Shown: piece by piece, positions 28,501 to 31,716 of the stretch
How positions within the stretch are numbered: the first letter of the stretch is position 1
Layout: the number at the start of each line of letters is the position of its first letter
Assembly: GCF_006345805.1 (NCBI RefSeq)
Contig: NW_021832111.1
Coordinates: 1 to 31,716, forward strand
Origin: Octopus sinensis
Lineage: Eukaryota
DNA: 31,716 nucleotides
Reading direction: 5' to 3'
Position numbers and translations under genes: made by a program
Notes under the pieces: model-generated
The model's database searches: none
What the model was told of the DNA's origin: nothing
The model's input: the letters and a program-made list of their open reading frames with translations, nothing else

Positions 28501-30682
28501 CGTAATATTTATGCATTAAGAGATGTCCATAGGTTTGAAGACCACGGGGTACTTGAGATTATTTAAAGAATTGCCTAATATATTTTACAATTTGGGAGCG
28601 TCTCAAGATGTGAAAACATTTGAGTACTTGAGTTTATGTAATTAATTTCATAATATATAATGTAATTTGGAAGGTCTCTAGATGTTAGGAAATGTGTGTA
28701 CTTGAAATTATGTAATTATTTGCGTTATATATTATGCAATTAAGAGATGTTCCTAGATTTGAAGACATGGGGGTCCTTGAGATTATTTAAAGAATTGCCT
28801 AACATATTTTACAATTTGGGAGCGTCTCAAGATGTGAGAACATGGGAGTACTTGAGTTTATGTAATTCATTTCATAATATATAATGTAATTTTGGAAGGT
28901 CTCTAGATGTGAGAAAATGGGTGTAATTGAGATTATGTAATTAATTGCGTTATATATTATGCAATTAAGACATGTCCCTAGATTTGAAGACATGGGGGTC
29001 CTTGAGATTATTTAATGAATTCGTAATATATTTTACAATTTGGGAGCGTCTCAAGATGTGAGAACATGGGAGTACTTGAGATTATGTAATTAATTTCATA
29101 ATATATAATGTAATTTGGACGGTCTCTAGATGTGAGAAAATGGGTGTTATTGAGATTATGTAATTAATTGCGTTATATATTATGCAAATAAGACATGTCC
29201 TCAGATTTGAAGACATTGGGGTACTTGAGATTATTTAAAGAATTGCCTAACATATTTTACAATTTGGGAGCGTCTCAAGATGTGAGAACATTGGAGTACT
29301 TGAGTTTATGTAATTCATTTCATAATATATATTGTAATTTGGAAGGCCTCTAGATGTTATGAAATGGTGTACTTGAAATTATGTAATTAATTGCGTAATA
29401 TATTATGCAATTAAGAGATGTCCATAGATTTGAAGACCAGGGGGTACTTGAGATTATTAATGAATTGCGTAATTTTTTTACAATTTGGGAGCGTCTCAAG
29501 ATTGAGAACATGAGAGTACTTGAGATTATGTAATTAATTTCATAATATATAATGTAATTTGAAAGGTCTCTAGATGTGAGAAAATGGGTGTAATTGAGAT
29601 TATGTAATTAATTGCGTTATATATTATGCAATTAAGAGATGTCCCTAGATTTGAAGACATGGGGGTCCTTGAGATTATTTAAAGAATTGCCTAACATATT
29701 TTACAATTTGGGAGCGTCTCAAGATGTGAGAACATGGGAGTACTTGAGTTTATGTAATTAATTTCATAATATATAATGTAATTTGAAAGGTCTCTAGATG
29801 TGAGAAAATGCGTGTACTTGAGATTATGTAATATATTGCGTTATATATTATGCAATTAAGAGATGTCCTAGATTGCAAGACATTGGGGTACTTTAGATTA
29901 TTTAATGAATTGCCTAACATATTTTACAATTTGGGAGCGTCTCAAGATGTGAGAACATGGGAGTACTTGAGATTATGTAATATATTGCGTTATATATTAT
30001 GCAATTAAGAGATGTCCCTAGATTGGAAGACATTGGGGTACTTTAGATTATTTAATGAATTGTGTAATATATTTTAAAATTTGTGAGCGTCTCAAGATGT
30101 GAGAACATGGAAATACTTGAGATTATGTAATTAATTTCATAATATATAAGGTAATTTGGAAGGTCTCAAGATATGAGAAAATGCGTGTACTTGAGATTAT
30201 GTAATATATTGCGTTATATATTATGCAAATAAGACATGTCCCTAGATTTGAGGACCTGGGGGTACTTAAGATTATTTAATGAATTGCGTAATATTTTTTA
30301 CAATTTGGGAGCGTCTCAAGATGTGAGAACATGAGAGTACTTGAGATATGTAATTAATTTCATAATATATATGTAATTTGAAAGGTCTCTAGATGTGAGA
30401 AAATGGGTGTTATTGAGATTATGTATTAATTGTGTTATATATTATGCAATTAAGAGATGTCCCTAGATTTGAAGACATGGGGGTCCTTGAGATTATTTAA
30501 AGAATTGCCTAACATATTTTACAATTTGGGAGCGTCTCAAGATGTGAGAACATGGGAGTACTTGAGTTTATGTAATTAATTTCATAATATATAATGTAAT
30601 TTGAAAGGTCTCTAGATGTGAGAAAATGCGTGTACTTGAGATTATGTAATATATTGCGTTATATATTATGCAATTAAGAGAT
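22559..30682. repeat. ~8.1-kb higher-order repeat, copy 2 (39 units); the first ~370 bp of a third copy follow
   Basis: Short units at identical ranks (22559, 24699, 26838, 27646, 28234, 28378, 29865). Markers gtcctcagat 29197 and ggcctctagatgttatg 29345 are both +8124 from copy 1. Confidence 0.85.
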
Positions 30683-31716
30683 GTCCCTAGATTGCAAGAC
30701 ATTGGGGTACTTTAAATTATTTAATGAATTGCCTAACATATTTTACAATTTGGGAGCGTCTCAAGATGTGAGAACATGGGAGTACTTGAGATTATGTAAT
30801 ATATTGCGTTATATATCATGCAATTAAGAGATGTCCCTAGATTGGAAGACATTGGGGTACTTTAGATTATTTAATGAATTGTGTAATATATTTTAAAATT
30901 TGTGAGCGTCTCAAGATGTGAGAACATGGAAATACTTGAGATTATGTAATTAATTTCATAATATATAATGTATTTGAAGGTCTCAAGATATGAGAAAATG
31001 CGTGTACTTGAGATTATGTAATAATTGCGTTATATATTATCAATAAGACATGTCCCTAATTTGAAGACATTGGGGTACTTGAGATTATTTAAAGAATTGC
31101 CTAATATTTTTACAATTTGGGAGCGTCTCAAGATGTGAAAACCTTTGAGTACTTGAGTTTGTAATTAATTTCATTCATAATATATATGTAATTTGGAAGG
31201 TCTCTAGATTTTAGGATTGTGTGTACTTGAAATTATGTAATTATTTGCGTAATATATTATGCAATAAGAGATGTCCATAGATTTGAAGACAAGGGGGTAC
31301 TTGAGATTATTTAATTAATTTCATAATATATATTTTAATTTGGAAGGTCTCTAGATGTGAGAAAATGGGTGTATTGAGATTATGTAATTAATTGCGTTAT
31401 ATATTTCAATTAAGACATGTCCCTAGATTTGAAGACATGGTGGTCCTGAGATTATTTAATAATTACGTAATATATTTTACAATTTGTGAGGCGTCTCAAG
31501 ATGTGAGAACATGGGAGTACTTGAGATTATGTAATTAATTTCATAATATATATGTAATTTGAAGGTCTCTAGATGTGAGAAAATGGGTGTTATTGAGATT
31601 ATGTAATTAATTGCGTTAATATATTATGCAAATAAGACATGTCCTCAGATTTGAAGACATTGGGGTACTTGAGATTATTTAAAGAATTGCCTACATATTT
31701 TTACAATTTGGGAGCG

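Larger units (their letters stand above)
1..31716. repeat. Tandem satellite DNA array, 224-bp monomer made of three related ~75-bp subunits (A-B-C), head-to-tail, one orientation, running off both window ends
   Basis: Clean monomer at 4772-4995. A (75 bp) = gtccctagatttgaagacatgggggtccttgagattatttaaagaattgcctaacatattttacaatttgggagc; B (74 bp) = gtctcaagatgtgagaacatgggagtacttgagtttatgtaattcatttcataatatataatgtaatttggaag; C (75 bp) = gtctctagatgtgagaaaatgggtgtaattgagattatgtaattaattgcgttatatattatgcaattaagagat (this copy ends gacat). The pattern recurs without interruption, about 154 A-headed units by hand count. No unique sequence was found. Confidence 0.99.

Noticed and set aside
7563-28993. All 12 listed ORFs (61-90 aa, both strands)
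   Set aside because: Each is a translation of the satellite starting at a repeat ATG (e.g. MSLDLKTWGSLRLFKEL, MSSNLGTSLNCIIYNA). They are open only where chance indels skip the consensus stop codons, are mutually redundant, and show no recognisable domain.
1-31716. CRISPR array or other repeat-spacer system
   Set aside because: The conserved and variable parts are both repeated; there are no unique spacers, no leader and no cas genes.
1-31716. Identity with mouse major satellite (234 bp), alpha satellite (171 bp) or other satellites I know
   Set aside because: Length, subunit structure and sequence do not match from memory; any taxon assignment would be a guess without a database search.
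1-31716. G-quadruplex potential from G runs (ggggg, ggga, gggt)
   Set aside because: There is essentially one G run per 75-bp subunit (plus ggg at the A tail), too far apart for canonical intramolecular G4.
1-31716. Inversions or embedded transposon/MITE fragments
   Set aside because: Every subunit reads in the same orientation, and no non-satellite insert, terminal repeat or target-site duplication was seen, even in the garbled zone.
1-31716. Individual 1-bp indels and homopolymer length changes as biological variants
   Set aside because: They are mostly singletons, deletion-biased, concentrated in homopolymers and patchy in density, matching long-read error.

Overview
The whole 31.7-kb window is one uninterrupted, single-orientation AT-rich tandem satellite array (consensus about 32% GC; hand count G=50, C=21 per 224 bp on the + strand). 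I find no credible gene, RNA gene, transposon or CRISPR array, and I cannot assign the satellite to a named family or organism. The basic monomer is 224 bp, made of three homologous ~75-bp subunits A-B-C. I count about 154 A-headed units, about 30 of them shortened to ~149 bp by hybrid subunits. Using these short units and variant bases as markers, the array shows nested higher-order structure: 75 bp, 224 bp, an alternating ~448-bp dimer, ~0.82-kb 11-subunit modules and 2-3.5-kb blocks. At the top level there are two different higher-order repeats (HORs): a ~6.6-kb 32-unit one (about 0.2-13.4 kb) and a ~8.1-kb 39-unit one (about 14.0-31.0 kb). Subunits carry conserved dyad symmetry, including a 28-bp near-perfect palindrome. 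Frequent homopolymer indels and a garbled zone at about 9.8-11.2 kb indicate noisy long-read or imperfect consensus sequence, so fine variants and even the HOR copies need read-level confirmation. All counts are by eye and approximate to a few bp. All six-frame ORFs are translations of the repeat.
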